64,000 bases of DNA from an uncultured Clostridia bacterium (GCA_948442695.1 CAOJSF010000001.1:73342-137341); one strand, 5' to 3'. Shown: positions 50,301 to 60,833, counted from the first letter of the stretch. Numbers and translations: made by a program. The notes: a model not told the origin generated them from the letters alone.

Positions 50301-50526
50301 AAGCAAAGTTCAAAACCTTAGAAAGGACAGTGGACTTGAGGTTGTCAACCATATTCAAATTGAAATTTCTGGTGATGAGAATCTTACAAAAGTTCTTGAA
50401 AAGAGAAAAAATGAATTTTTGAAAACTTTGCTTGCTGACAAATTTGTTGTTGGCACAAATGGTGATTTTGTCACCGAACTTAAGTTTGATGATAAAATTT
50501 TAAATATTTATATTACAAAAATATAA
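47395..50526 (+). CDS. ileS: Isoleucine--tRNA ligase
   Basis: PPTANGKPHIGH (HIGH) and KMSKS motifs, about 1040 aa. Start after AAGGAG. Confidence 0.9.
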   Translation: MYNKVETKLDFIKNENKILEFWEKNDVINKGLELNKGSDRSYTLYDGPPTANGKPHIGHLLTRAMKDIIPRYKAMKGFYIHRKAGWDTHGLPVEVEIEKKLGLNGKQDIEKYGVDRFINLCRNSVWEYKGMWEKFTKRVGYWVDMDNPYITYDNNYIESIFWALKEMDKKNLIYKGHKIMPYCPRCGTTLSKMEVENGDNYKLLKENSIFVKFKSLEEENTSFIVWTTTPWTLPSNVALCMNPNEVYCKLEHDGKYYIMLEKLVSTLFEEGSFNIVYRKKGKEFEFHKYQPLFDYALNDVKKGYFVIVDDYVTTEDGTGIVHIAPAFGEDDYNACKKYDIDFVQLVDENGKMSDKTDFGGLFVKDADKFVIKKLEEEDKMFKVLPFEHNYPHCWRCKSPLLYYAKDTWFIKTTAYKDKMVENNNSVYWCPEHIKAGRMGNFLANNIDWGISRNRYWGTPLPFWICPNGHIHVVGSIDEFEKLSGVRPQDLHKPTLDKISFPCPECGKMMKRTPEVMDCWFDSGAMPFAQYHYPFENKELFEKSFPADYISEAIDQTRGWFYTLLAVNTPLFEKSPYKACNLLGLVLDKHGLKMSKSLGNGIDPWSVLDKEGADALRWYFYNNCLPGQGLAFNEDNLIDLQRKFMGTLWNVYAFYCLYAEIDQIDPTKYSLSECKLSFLDKWLLSEYNALVKFVDESLEKLDMLNSSRKITEFVDKLSNWYIRRSRERFWGSEESDDKISAYKTLYEVLVGLSKLIAPFLPFLSEEIYQNLVRNLDKNSPISVHFCSFPEADEKMIDNSLNEGMDKVLEIVLLGRTCRASSGVKNRQPLSKVMVCATDEINLDKELKSLIEDELNVENVEILEKADEFVSYELKPQLKTLGPKYGKNLGVIREFLSNCDASEVVAKVRYGQSVLINAPDGSEIEINECDLLITHKNKEGYASDSNGVLTVVLDTSLSDELIEKGLVNEFVSKVQNLRKDSGLEVVNHIQIEISGDENLTKVLEKRKNEFLKTLLADKFVVGTNGDFVTELKFDDKILNIYITKI

Positions 50527-50533
50527 ATCATGA

Positions 50534-50568
50534 AAAAAATCAGGCATTGATATCTGTCTGATTTTTTT
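50534..50568 (+). terminator. Terminator after ileS
   Basis: ATCAGGC / GTCTGAT hairpin plus a T-run. Confidence 0.7.
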
Positions 50569-50584
50569 AAACTCGAGAAAAAAT

Positions 50585-50675
50585 ATGAATGAAATGGCTG
50601 TCTTTTTAGGAATGATTGAAAGCATACGAGTGAAGAGAATGTTTTTTTAGGAGCGGGAGAAAGAATATTCTTCAA
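50585..50675. repeat. Two degenerate units related to the repeats at 5367-5460 and 30916-31057
   Basis: GTCTTTTTAGGAATGATTGAAAGCATACGAGTGAAGAGAAT followed by GTTTTTTTAGGAGCGGGAGAAAGAATATTCTTCA. Confidence 0.5.
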
Positions 50676-50941
50676 TCTTGTTTTTACTTTTAAAATTTTG
50701 AAAAGGGTTTTTGATTCAATCTTGTTTTACTTTAATAATATGATTTTTATTATTTAAAGAAAGATTTGAATTTAAGTCATTTGAATATAGGTTATTTGAA
50801 TACAGGTTTATAAAATTGAAAAAAGAGGATTGAAAAATAAAGAAAGAAGATTTTAAAATTTTTGTGCATTGCTATAAATGAGGCAAAATAAGTTGATTAA
50901 TATTGAAAATTTTGATAAAATACAAAAAGAGGTAAAAAACA

Positions 50942-51793
50942 TTGAAAATTGCTGATACATGGCAGGATTATGAAGTTCTTGCGACAGGAAATGGCGAAAA
51001 ATTAGAGCGCTGGGGAAAATATAAACTTTTAAGACCAGACCCTCAAGTGATATGGCACGCTAAAACAAATTTAAGTGCTTTTAAGGGGCTGGACGGACAT
51101 TATTTAAGATCTAATTCTGGTGGTGGAGGCTGGAAATTTTTTTCACGAGTTCCTGAAAAATGGCAGATTAGTTGGAATGGTATAAAATTCATCATCAAAC
51201 CTATGGGGTTTAAACACACCGGGCTTTTCCCAGAACAGGCTGTCAACTGGGCTGATATGACCAAACTCATTAAAGAGGCAGGCAGGCCTATTAAAATTTT
51301 AAACCTTTTCGCTTATACTGGTGGTGCAAGTGTGGTTTGTGCAAGTGCAGGAGGCGAGGTGACTCACGTCGATGCAAGCAAAGGCATGGTTGAGAGGGCA
51401 AGAGAAAATGCAGGACTTAATGGAATAACAAACATTCGCTATATAGTCGATGACTGCGAAAAGTTTATAAATAGAGAAATAAGACGAGGCAACAGATATG
51501 ACGCCATTATAATGGACCCTCCTAGTTATGGCAGAGGGACAAATGGCGAGATGTGGAAACTTGAGGATAATCTTTTTGATTTTGTCCGTCTTACTAAACA
51601 GGTGCTTTCAGATAAACCATTATTTGTACTTATTTCATCATATACAACAGGACTTCAAGCAAGTGTGTTATCAAATATTTTGAGTCTTGTTTTTGGTGAG
51701 GGGAATATTGACGCAGATGAAATATGTCTGCCAACAAAAGAAAATATAGTTTTACCTTGTGGATCTAGAGGAATGAAAATATGGAAAAATTAG
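50942..51793 (+). CDS. Class I SAM-dependent RNA methyltransferase, RlmI-like core
   Basis: EKLERWGKYKLLRPDPQVIW N-terminus, NLFAYTGGASV motif I and IIMDPPSYG motif IV. Confidence 0.65.
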   Translation: MKIADTWQDYEVLATGNGEKLERWGKYKLLRPDPQVIWHAKTNLSAFKGLDGHYLRSNSGGGGWKFFSRVPEKWQISWNGIKFIIKPMGFKHTGLFPEQAVNWADMTKLIKEAGRPIKILNLFAYTGGASVVCASAGGEVTHVDASKGMVERARENAGLNGITNIRYIVDDCEKFINREIRRGNRYDAIIMDPPSYGRGTNGEMWKLEDNLFDFVRLTKQVLSDKPLFVLISSYTTGLQASVLSNILSLVFGEGNIDADEICLPTKENIVLPCGSRGMKIWKN

Positions 51794-52476
51794 TTGTTTT
51801 ATATGAAGATAATCAGGTGATTGTGGCACTTAAACCACACAATGTGCCAACTCAGGCGGATGCGTCTGGCGATAAAGATATGCTCAGCATGGTCAAAGAT
51901 TATGTAAAAGAAAAATATAATAAAGAAGGCGATGCTTTTATAGGTCTTGTCCACAGACTTGACAGACCTACTGGCGGAATTATGGTCTTTGCAAGAAATT
52001 CAAAATCAGCGGGTCGTTTGTCACAGCAGTTTGCTTCAAGAGAGATAAAAAAGACATATTATGCAGTTTTATCAAAAGTTCCGCAGGCAAAATCAGGACA
52101 TCTTGTGCATAATTTAAAAAAGGATGAAAAGGAGAATATTGTCAAGATTGTTCCACTTAGTGAAGAGGGGGCAAAGAAGGCAGAACTCGACTATAAGGTC
52201 CTTCAAATTGAAAATGAAAATGCTCTTGTTGAGGTAAATCCATTGACAGGCCGAGGACATCAAATAAGGGTGCAATTTGCTGGTATCAACTGCCCACTTT
52301 TTGGTGATAACAAATATGGAAAAGACAAGACAAAGTCTTCAAAGAATTTAGGATTATGGGCAGGAAGACTTGAGTTTTATCATCCAACAACAAAAGAAAA
52401 AATGGTTTTTGCTTGTCCTCCAGAAAAAGTTTTACCATGGTCAAATTTCTATCTTGAAAAGTATTTTATTAGATAA
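51781..52476 (+). CDS. RluA-family pseudouridine synthase
   Basis: HRLDRPTGGIMVFARN catalytic Asp block and TGRGHQIRVQ. Confidence 0.85.
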   Translation: MEKLVVLYEDNQVIVALKPHNVPTQADASGDKDMLSMVKDYVKEKYNKEGDAFIGLVHRLDRPTGGIMVFARNSKSAGRLSQQFASREIKKTYYAVLSKVPQAKSGHLVHNLKKDEKENIVKIVPLSEEGAKKAELDYKVLQIENENALVEVNPLTGRGHQIRVQFAGINCPLFGDNKYGKDKTKSSKNLGLWAGRLEFYHPTTKEKMVFACPPEKVLPWSNFYLEKYFIR

Positions 52477-52635
52477 TTTAAGAAAAATGGCAATTTTTTT
52501 GCAAAAAAAGGTTAAAATTTATTAATTATTGTTAAATTTTATTCAATTAAATACTATTTTTTAAGATTGAGTGAAGAATTGTTGTTTATAAAAAAATATT
52601 GTTTTTAATAAAACAAAATTTAAAAAGAGGTGATT

Positions 52636-54423
52636 ATGTCTGAAATGAAAATAAAAACCAGAGAGGAAATTGCAAAGGATTACAAGTGGGATTTATCGCC
52701 ACTGTGCAAAGATGATAAAGATTTTTATCAAAGACTTGAAAAGGCCAAATTGTTTCTGCCAAAACTGAAAGAGTTTGAGGGCAAACTCGACAATAAAGAA
52801 AGTGTTTATCAATATCTTATGCTTGACAGAGAACTTGAAGAAATTTTAGAGCCTATAGTTCAATATTCTCACTTGAAATTGACTGAAGACTTGTCTAGCG
52901 AATTTTATAACGAAATGCGTGAAAAACTTCATATAGTTTTAAGTGAGATGAGTGTGGAAACAGCATTTGCAACATCGGAGTTGTTTGCTTTGTCGGACCA
53001 AATTTTGGATGACATAATTATGGACGAAAGATTTAAGGATTTTGATAAGATTTTTGAAGATATAAAGCAAAATAAAATCCATAAACTTTCAAAGGAAGAG
53101 GAAAAATTGATTGCCGGAATGGACTTTTTGGGCGGATTTTCTGACAATATGGAAAAGGCTTCTGATGTCGATTTTGATTTTGGTGAGATAGAATCTTCTA
53201 AGGGTGAAAAGTTTAAACTTACATCTTCAAGTTATGGAAAATATATGCGTGATAGCGATCGTCAAATTAGAAAACAGACATTTTGCAATTTGAATGGAAA
53301 GTTTGGCGAACTTATCAATATGCTTTCAAATAATTATATCAATGATGTCAAAGCGACCTGCTATTTTGCCAAAGTGAGAAAATATAAAAGTGCTTTAGAA
53401 AGTGCACTTGAAGGTGAAGAGGTTGATGATAAGGTTTATTATAAACTTCTTGAAAAGGTTTCAGAAAATTTGCCTGTGCTTTTTAAATATTTTAATTTAA
53501 AAAAGAAAGAAATGAATCTGAAAGAATTTTATATCTATGATGCCATGGCGTCAATCGAAATGGGCGAAAGAAAAACATATTCTTATGATGAAGCATTTGA
53601 TTTGATTAAGAAGGCGCTTTCACCACTGGGCGAAGAATATCTTGCCCTTCTTGACAGGGCAAAAAATGAAAGGTGGATTGATGTTTATCCAACCTTAAAC
53701 AAACGCTCTGGTGCTTTTGAAAGTGGAATATATGGATTTCATCCTTATGTTATGACAAACTTTGAAGGCGACCTTGATTCTGTTTTTACTCTTGCGCATG
53801 AACTGGGTCATGCAATGCACTCATATTTTTCAGATAAAAATCAACCTCGTGAAAAGGCTGGTTATACAATCTTTTTGGCTGAAATTGCCAGCACTACAAA
53901 TGAAATACTGCTTATAAATTATCTTATAGCAAACTCTAAAAATAATGATGAAAAAAAGGCACTTTACAACAAACTCTTTGATGAAGTAAAAGGGACTATA
54001 TTTAGACAAACAATGTTTGCTGAATTTGAAGAAAAAGTCCATGCTATGCATGAAAATGGGGATGGACTCACCAAAGAAAAATTATGCAATGAGTATTATA
54101 AACTTAATGTTAAGTATTTTGGTGATGTCAAACTTGTTGATGAAGTAAAATATGAATGGGCAAGAATTCCTCACTTTTTCAATTCTTTCTATGTCTACAA
54201 ATATGCGACAGGTATGATTTGTGCCATCAATTTTGCAAACAAGATTCTGTCGGGCGAAAAGGATGCAATTGAAGATTATTTCAGATTTTTGTCTGCTGGA
54301 TGCAGTGATGATCCGATAGCAATCTTAAAAAATTCAAGTTGTGATTTGACCGGTTCAAAAACATTTGACAAGAGTTTTGAATTCTTGAAAGATATACTAG
54401 ACAGGTGGGAGAAACTTAATTAA
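52636..54423 (+). CDS. pepF: Oligoendopeptidase F (M3 family)
   Basis: HELGHAMH zinc motif. The length and the N-terminal WDLSPL pattern fit the family. Confidence 0.85.
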   Translation: MSEMKIKTREEIAKDYKWDLSPLCKDDKDFYQRLEKAKLFLPKLKEFEGKLDNKESVYQYLMLDRELEEILEPIVQYSHLKLTEDLSSEFYNEMREKLHIVLSEMSVETAFATSELFALSDQILDDIIMDERFKDFDKIFEDIKQNKIHKLSKEEEKLIAGMDFLGGFSDNMEKASDVDFDFGEIESSKGEKFKLTSSSYGKYMRDSDRQIRKQTFCNLNGKFGELINMLSNNYINDVKATCYFAKVRKYKSALESALEGEEVDDKVYYKLLEKVSENLPVLFKYFNLKKKEMNLKEFYIYDAMASIEMGERKTYSYDEAFDLIKKALSPLGEEYLALLDRAKNERWIDVYPTLNKRSGAFESGIYGFHPYVMTNFEGDLDSVFTLAHELGHAMHSYFSDKNQPREKAGYTIFLAEIASTTNEILLINYLIANSKNNDEKKALYNKLFDEVKGTIFRQTMFAEFEEKVHAMHENGDGLTKEKLCNEYYKLNVKYFGDVKLVDEVKYEWARIPHFFNSFYVYKYATGMICAINFANKILSGEKDAIEDYFRFLSAGCSDDPIAILKNSSCDLTGSKTFDKSFEFLKDILDRWEKLN

Positions 54424-54488
54424 TAAATTGTTTTTACCTTAAAAAAAATATTTTGACAATTATTGCAATATATTGTATAATAAAAGGT

Positions 54489-56801
54489 ATGAAAAACGTA
54501 AAACAATTGCTATTTATTTTTGCATTGATGTTGATGATAAATTTGTCGTCAGCATTTTTGTTTTCGTGTGGCAAAAATGATGGTGTGAAATATACGACTT
54601 CTGGAAATGGACAGGTTGAAAGTGTAAAAATAAATGGTGAAAAATATTTTATGGCAACTGCCGACCAGTGGCATGAATTTGTTGGCTGGTTTGATGGCAA
54701 TAGAAAAATAAATGAAAATCCAAAACTAAAAATTACAAAGAAAACTCCTAAAAAGTTGGAAGCCAGATTTGTCACAACCGCGAGATTGTCTTTTGACAGA
54801 ATTTTAAATGGTTTATATAATGCTTATATAAATGGAATTTCTCAGGAAGGCGAATATTTTAATATTATATCAAATTTAAAAATTGCTCGCGAGGATGACT
54901 TGACAACATATTCTTTTGGCGGGCATCTAAATTTCAATGAAAAGGGTAATCAATTATTTTTAAAAAGCGAAAGTAAAAATAACAATTATGCGATTGTCTA
55001 TGATGATGACCTTGACAATGGTTTTGCTTATGTTGATTATGATGGAGAAAAAAGCGTTTTTGAAGATTTGGGCATTTTATCAAATGTTTTGAAGTCTCTT
55101 CCTGATCCTTCAAAAGATAGTTGGAACATTGAAAATCTTTTAAACAACAAAACTTTATTTTATCAATTTGAACAATATTTTGGTTATACAAATGCAACTG
55201 GAATTGTAGAAAGTGTGATAAATGATAAACAAAAATCAACTTTTGTCATAAATTTCACAAAACTGCTTTCTACTCTTAAAACAAATTATCCAAATTTTGA
55301 AGAAGATTCTTTTTTGAAAGATCTGACCGAAATTTTAACTGGGAATTACACTGATTCATCATTTCCCAAAATTTCTATAACAGCAAATATAGAATTTGAC
55401 AATGAGCAAAAACAACAGATTAAAAATATGCAGTTTTTATTTGATATTTCAAAAGACTATCTTCTGAAGTTTGGAGATAAAACGATTGTTGTTTCAAAAG
55501 GTAAAATCAATGTAGAAGTAAATGATTTAAATTATGCTTATTGCACTACGCCATTAAATTATGATGATGACTTAAGTTTATTTCCAAAACCAGAGCATAA
55601 TTTACTTAATTTTCAGTTGATAGGAGATTTGACTTTTGCCACTGATGAAATGGAAGAAAATCCATATCAAGATATTTATCGTGTTGAAATGAATGCAGAT
55701 ATAAACCCTTTTGCTCTTATTTCTTATAATAAAGACGGCAAAGGTTATGAAAATATTGAATGGGAAAAACTGGGATTTTTAAGTTTAAGTATAATTTTGA
55801 TTCCTGCTGAAAATGAAGCCGATTGTTTGTCGCAATATGAAAGACATAAAGGCTCGACGGAATATTTAAATATCTTAATAGATACAAAACGATATGGTGC
55901 AAATATGTTTATGCGTGCATCATTTTACAATCCAAACACCTTGCTTACAACCTCATATTTTTTCAATAACAGTTTTTATTTGCCAGAGTTGATGAAATAT
56001 TATCATTCAAGTGAAGTTTCAACCTATCAAAATGAGAAAACAGATAATTCTTCTTTTGCAAATAATATCATTAAAACACTGATAGATATTTGCATAAACT
56101 TTGATAAAACTGATATAAATGGCTCTTTTTATAACATTTTTCTTAAATATTTTGACAAAAATGGCTTATTAAGTGAAAATTTAACTCTTTCAGAAGAGGG
56201 GATAATACTTCAGACTAAAAATATTAGACAATTTATAAGAGAAAAAGAAAGTGATGTGGGACTTCTATTTTTAGGTTATCCTATCAAATCTGACACTTAT
56301 ATTTTGGGCAAAGATGAAATAACAAAAATTGTATTAAATTTTGATAAGTTTTCACAAGGAATCATCAAAAAAGATATAAATGGTTTTTATTATGATAGTC
56401 AGGGGAATAATATAGTGGATGTTTTTAATGAAAAGTATCAAACTGTCTCAAAAATTGATAAAATCTCTTATTTTGATGATAAAAATATGACAATTGATGA
56501 AATTTCTTCTTTGAATGGGCAGGTGGTTGAGGTTGACTCATTTACATTGTCAAATGGAGAGAAGGGCAACTTGTATTATAGTATTAGCGGAAAGAATGAA
56601 GTTTTAAAGATGAAAATTCTTAAACAAAATATTTTAAAAGTTGAAAACAATGTTGCAAAGGTAAGGTTTATTATGGCAGTTGATTCGCCTTTTAATAAAC
56701 CAAATTATCTTAACACATCGCTTAGCGAAGTTTTGCTTAAACATCTTAATTTCCCATATGGCTTAATGACATATGAATGTGAATTTGAATTGAATAATTA
56801 A
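54489..56801 (+). CDS. Large putative surface lipoprotein
   Basis: Signal peptide with lipobox LSSAFLFSCGKN. An N-terminal WHEFVGWFDG segment resembles Listeria-Bacteroides repeats. The rest is unrecognised. Confidence 0.5.
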   Translation: MKNVKQLLFIFALMLMINLSSAFLFSCGKNDGVKYTTSGNGQVESVKINGEKYFMATADQWHEFVGWFDGNRKINENPKLKITKKTPKKLEARFVTTARLSFDRILNGLYNAYINGISQEGEYFNIISNLKIAREDDLTTYSFGGHLNFNEKGNQLFLKSESKNNNYAIVYDDDLDNGFAYVDYDGEKSVFEDLGILSNVLKSLPDPSKDSWNIENLLNNKTLFYQFEQYFGYTNATGIVESVINDKQKSTFVINFTKLLSTLKTNYPNFEEDSFLKDLTEILTGNYTDSSFPKISITANIEFDNEQKQQIKNMQFLFDISKDYLLKFGDKTIVVSKGKINVEVNDLNYAYCTTPLNYDDDLSLFPKPEHNLLNFQLIGDLTFATDEMEENPYQDIYRVEMNADINPFALISYNKDGKGYENIEWEKLGFLSLSIILIPAENEADCLSQYERHKGSTEYLNILIDTKRYGANMFMRASFYNPNTLLTTSYFFNNSFYLPELMKYYHSSEVSTYQNEKTDNSSFANNIIKTLIDICINFDKTDINGSFYNIFLKYFDKNGLLSENLTLSEEGIILQTKNIRQFIREKESDVGLLFLGYPIKSDTYILGKDEITKIVLNFDKFSQGIIKKDINGFYYDSQGNNIVDVFNEKYQTVSKIDKISYFDDKNMTIDEISSLNGQVVEVDSFTLSNGEKGNLYYSISGKNEVLKMKILKQNILKVENNVAKVRFIMAVDSPFNKPNYLNTSLSEVLLKHLNFPYGLMTYECEFELNN

Positions 56802-56835
56802 TTAAATTTGATATTTTTCTTAATTAATTTAAAAA

Positions 56836-56872
56836 TAAAAAACACTGTTTTATAATTTAACAGTGTTTTTTT
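56836..56872 (+). terminator. Terminator
   Basis: AACACTGTT / AACAGTGTT hairpin plus a T-run. Confidence 0.7.
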
Positions 56873-56936
56873 GTGAGGAAAAGTAACAATGGTAAAGCAA
56901 ATATATTTTATCTTTCAAGATTTTTTATTGATAAAT

Positions 56937-57644
56937 TTAATTTATGTAAATTATTTGTCCTTGAGTTGGATATTTAATATTAAGTTTGTCAAGTTCACGC
57001 TGTGAATAATAAGAAAGGTGAACAGGGTGGATTTGGCAATCTTTATATTCATTCATAAGTTCAATCACCTCTTTTACGCAAATGTGCTTGTTTGTCATAT
57101 CAACTCCAGCGCTGTCAATAAATGCAACATTGCTTTTGGATAAAATTTTTCGTATATTGTTGCACATTGCACTGTCACCACTGAAGCCAACTTTTGTTTC
57201 GTCCTTTTGGAAAATGAAACCATAACTATCAACATCTTGATGATACATTTTATATATCTTAATTTTAAAATCTAAGATATTTACAATTTTATTGTTTTCG
57301 CAGTCAATAAAGGTCACCCTTTCTTTTAGAGGCTCTATGAGATGTTGAACTTCACAGATTTTGAATAATGTTATCATCCTTTCTTGACATCCCTTTGGTG
57401 CTAGCACGATGAGTTTGTTTTCTGTCTTTGAGAAAAGGTGATCAAACACCAAATGTAGGTCGATAAAATGGTCGCTGTGAAAATGAGAAATTACTATCAG
57501 TTTGATCTTTTTGAGATCATAATCATTAAGTAGAGTTTTAAAAGATGACTCTGGCACATCAAATAATATTTCATCGTCGATTATATAACTTGTCGAAAGT
57601 TCTTTGGTCCAGGTACACATGGCTCCAACTATATCAATTTTCAT
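56937..57644 (-). CDS. MBL-fold metallo-hydrolase
   Basis: VISHFHSDH motif. Confidence 0.7.
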   Translation of the reverse strand: MKIDIVGAMCTWTKELSTSYIIDDEILFDVPESSFKTLLNDYDLKKIKLIVISHFHSDHFIDLHLVFDHLFSKTENKLIVLAPKGCQERMITLFKICEVQHLIEPLKERVTFIDCENNKIVNILDFKIKIYKMYHQDVDSYGFIFQKDETKVGFSGDSAMCNNIRKILSKSNVAFIDSAGVDMTNKHICVKEVIELMNEYKDCQIHPVHLSYYSQRELDKLNIKYPTQGQIIYIN

Positions 57645-57730
57645 TTTTTCCTCCTTTGAGATTGTAAATATATTTTTTATTGTTAGAGTAATTTTTAAAC
57701 AACTTTTTTAATAACTTATTTAATAACTTT

Positions 57731-58462
57731 TTAAATTAATTTGTTTTTAAGTTGGTTTGTTTTGAAGATGACTTTTTTGGAATTTAATTTTAATAGTTCT
57801 TCACTTTTTATAATAGGATATATTTTTCTAAATCTATATTTCACGCTTAAAAACATATATGCAGATATACAAATGGTGGCAATTCCGACAACAGTGCCAG
57901 TTGCCATATTGTAAATAATACTTTCTGTTGATATAAAATTTAATGAAAGTAGGGCGATTTGGGTGAGGACTAGAGATGACAATGCACTTGAAAGATTTAT
58001 GAATTTCAAACCTGATAATAGCAGGTCATTTGTCTTTTTTGACCTAAAAAGTCCTATGCAAGAAAACAAGATTTCGCAAAATGCGACGAAGGCTATTGTA
58101 ATTGATATAATAAGACCATACTTTGTTTCTTTTGGATGAATGAAGAGTTCTATAAAATAAAACAAATATGTTATGCCGGCAAGCAAAATTGCAAATGCGA
58201 TACGATTGTAATATTTATGTTCATCATGCAACTTTTTGGAATTTCTGCGACCATCAAAATATGCTGTTTTTGCAAGACCTATAAAAATAGTATAAAAACC
58301 GCTTAAAGAGATAAAAACTGAGGAAATTAAATATGCAAAAACAAGTTTTAAAGTGGCCCATATAATATTTACAGTCATTGTAATTTGATTAAGGAAACTT
58401 GTTTTTATACGATATGGCACCTTTTTATAACGACTTATTAAACTCAAATTTAGTTCCCTCAC
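57731..58462 (-). CDS. Polytopic membrane protein, uncharacterised
   Basis: Five to six hydrophobic helices seen by eye. Confidence 0.45.
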   Translation of the reverse strand: MRELNLSLISRYKKVPYRIKTSFLNQITMTVNIIWATLKLVFAYLISSVFISLSGFYTIFIGLAKTAYFDGRRNSKKLHDEHKYYNRIAFAILLAGITYLFYFIELFIHPKETKYGLIISITIAFVAFCEILFSCIGLFRSKKTNDLLLSGLKFINLSSALSSLVLTQIALLSLNFISTESIIYNMATGTVVGIATICISAYMFLSVKYRFRKIYPIIKSEELLKLNSKKVIFKTNQLKNKLI

Positions 58463-58652
58463 TTTTTTTATGCATGAGCATATAATAAACTATAACTCTT
58501 TTATTTTAGTTTATTTAAAAAAAATTGTCAATAGAATAAGATTTAATAAAATTCTTTCGCTAATTTTCTTTATTATTCGATAAGATTTTTATTAAAATCT
58601 ATTGATTTAAATTTTTAATGTGATAAAATTGATGTTTTAAAGGAGAATAGGA

Positions 58653-59303
58653 ATGGATTTTTGCCAGTTTATTGATCAAGAGGTGGTAAGCAAACTTGAT
58701 AAAAATATTATTTATCAAAGTCATTGTGTAAACTTAGAAACATATAAAGATTTGTTTAAAAAATATACAAACAAAATTGATGAAATTTGCAAAGATCTCA
58801 ACATCAATTCTTTTTACGATAATGAAATTAAATTTAGAGAAATGAGAAGTAAGTTTTGCAGAGAGAAAGCGAGTTTAGAGGCTGTTTTAAAAGAAAAGAC
58901 TTTCGGGAAAAAGAGAATTTATAGACAAATTGTTGCACTTGACACTAAAGAATGTCTGGCAGGGGTTGGGCTTCAATATTCTTTGTGGCAGGACGAGATG
59001 TTAAGAAATATCAAAGAGGAAATAAGTGAAATTCGTGAAATAGAAATTAAAGAAGTTGAAAAATTTTTAAAAGACAATTTATTTCATCCGCTTATTCAGA
59101 ATGTGGTTAAAACATTAGAAGATGAAAGTCAGCAAAATGAAAAAGTCTTGAATAGTTATTATGGTGATAATAAGTTTGTGAAAATGGCAATAGGAATATT
59201 AAAAAATTATTGCAATGCTTTAAAAAATCAAGATAATTTTCAAACAAATGAATTTTTTACAACAGAACAAATAGATGTTGATGAAAAAGATTGTGAATTG
59301 TAA
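58653..59303 (+). CDS. Hypothetical protein
   Basis: AAAGGAG RBS. No recognised motif. Confidence 0.45.
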   Translation: MDFCQFIDQEVVSKLDKNIIYQSHCVNLETYKDLFKKYTNKIDEICKDLNINSFYDNEIKFREMRSKFCREKASLEAVLKEKTFGKKRIYRQIVALDTKECLAGVGLQYSLWQDEMLRNIKEEISEIREIEIKEVEKFLKDNLFHPLIQNVVKTLEDESQQNEKVLNSYYGDNKFVKMAIGILKNYCNALKNQDNFQTNEFFTTEQIDVDEKDCEL

Positions 59304-59407
59304 TTTTATAAATCAGATTGTTATTATTTGGTTTTTGACCTTATGTTGCTGATAAATTATTATTGACAGAAACAAAATATATGTTATAATTATATTAGAG
59401 GGAAAAT

Positions 59408-60796
59408 ATGCAACAAACAATGTTAGATAAATTTATCGCTGAGGCCATAGAAAAACGATTAGTTTACAACAAGACAAAAGATATTGATGGAGATCTGCAA
59501 AAAATTGTGAAAATTTGTAAAATCTCCCAACAAGAAGCGAAAGAAAGATTGAAGAGTGGAATATTTGAGTTTGTTGGGAATGATCTTAAAGTCAAAGGTT
59601 ATGATTTTTTAGGACAGGCAAAATCTATATATAATATTTACAATATGTCAGACATTCATATTGCTTCAGATTTTTTTAAAGAAGAGTGGAGGAAGATTCC
59701 CTTTACGATGATTCAAGAAGATTTTGATAAAGTTCAGGCAATAATTAAAAAACCTTTAAAGTATAAATTTTATGACTACAACAAAGCAATATACAATTTC
59801 TTGAATGAAAAAGAACTGCATTCAAATTTTACTGAAAAGATTTTTAATGATAAGAAAATTATAAGAAACACACAATTCTATCTTTCTGAAGAAAGGGATG
59901 AACAAAATTTGTTTGCAAAGCAAACAGAATTTACTTTCAAAGCGAAAAGTTTAAAGAAAGTTAAAGAAGCGCTAAAAGACAAGTCGGAAATAGAACTTTT
60001 TAAGGATGAAGATTTGTTTGCAAGAACTCTTTCTATTTCGATGTATGTTTTGCTTGACGGTGACCCTAAAAAAGCATTTTCTATCATGAGATATGACAAT
60101 CAATATGATAGCAGTGGTGTGCATAAAAACATTTATGTTGGAAGGGATAATAGGGCAAAGGTCTTTGGCTATAATGCAACCTATCCACATTTTCATTTTC
60201 AGAATGAAAATGACGCTTTGATTTGTTTGAAGAAAAATAAGTTTTCTGATTCTTATAAAACATCAAGGTGCAACTCAATAGATTGTGTTCATCTTAAAAA
60301 GTATCTTCTTGATCTTGACAGTAAAAGTGGGCTTAATTTGAAAAAAGAAAGAGAAAATAATGGAAGTTATGGAATGCCATTTCTTGCTATGAAAGAGGAA
60401 AAATATAAATTCAATATTGATGTTGTCAAACTTGTTGATGATTATTTTAAACAAAGTGAATTTACAAGTGGAAAGGATAACACTGTAGGTGAAGAGCAAG
60501 AGAATAAGGTTGTTGAAAAAATTAATGACTGGCTTATTGCATCTTTGCAAAAGGAAGATTATCGAGACAGTGATTTCAAATGTTTTGCAAATTTAATCAA
60601 AGCGGTTGATTTTGTAAAGTTCTTAAATAATATTAGGGGTGGGATGAATAAAATCCTTACTGCTCAAGACAGGTTGGCTTTGTCAGAAATTGAGACTTTA
60701 GTTGCAAGTGAAATTGTTGATGAGGTAAACAAAATTTCCACTAGATTTGTCACAAAAGAAGTTGACGGAAATGAGGAGGAAATTTATATTGATTGA
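59408..60796 (+). CDS. Hypothetical protein
   Basis: AGAGGG RBS and a terminator downstream. No recognised motif. Confidence 0.45.
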   Translation: MQQTMLDKFIAEAIEKRLVYNKTKDIDGDLQKIVKICKISQQEAKERLKSGIFEFVGNDLKVKGYDFLGQAKSIYNIYNMSDIHIASDFFKEEWRKIPFTMIQEDFDKVQAIIKKPLKYKFYDYNKAIYNFLNEKELHSNFTEKIFNDKKIIRNTQFYLSEERDEQNLFAKQTEFTFKAKSLKKVKEALKDKSEIELFKDEDLFARTLSISMYVLLDGDPKKAFSIMRYDNQYDSSGVHKNIYVGRDNRAKVFGYNATYPHFHFQNENDALICLKKNKFSDSYKTSRCNSIDCVHLKKYLLDLDSKSGLNLKKERENNGSYGMPFLAMKEEKYKFNIDVVKLVDDYFKQSEFTSGKDNTVGEEQENKVVEKINDWLIASLQKEDYRDSDFKCFANLIKAVDFVKFLNNIRGGMNKILTAQDRLALSEIETLVASEIVDEVNKISTRFVTKEVDGNEEEIYID

Positions 60797-60797
60797 T

Positions 60798-60833
60798 AAA
60801 AAATGATAAAGCATTTGGCTTTATCATTTTTTG
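60798..60833 (+). terminator. Terminator
   Basis: ATGATAAAGC-ATTTG-GCTTTATCAT hairpin plus a T-run. Confidence 0.75.
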
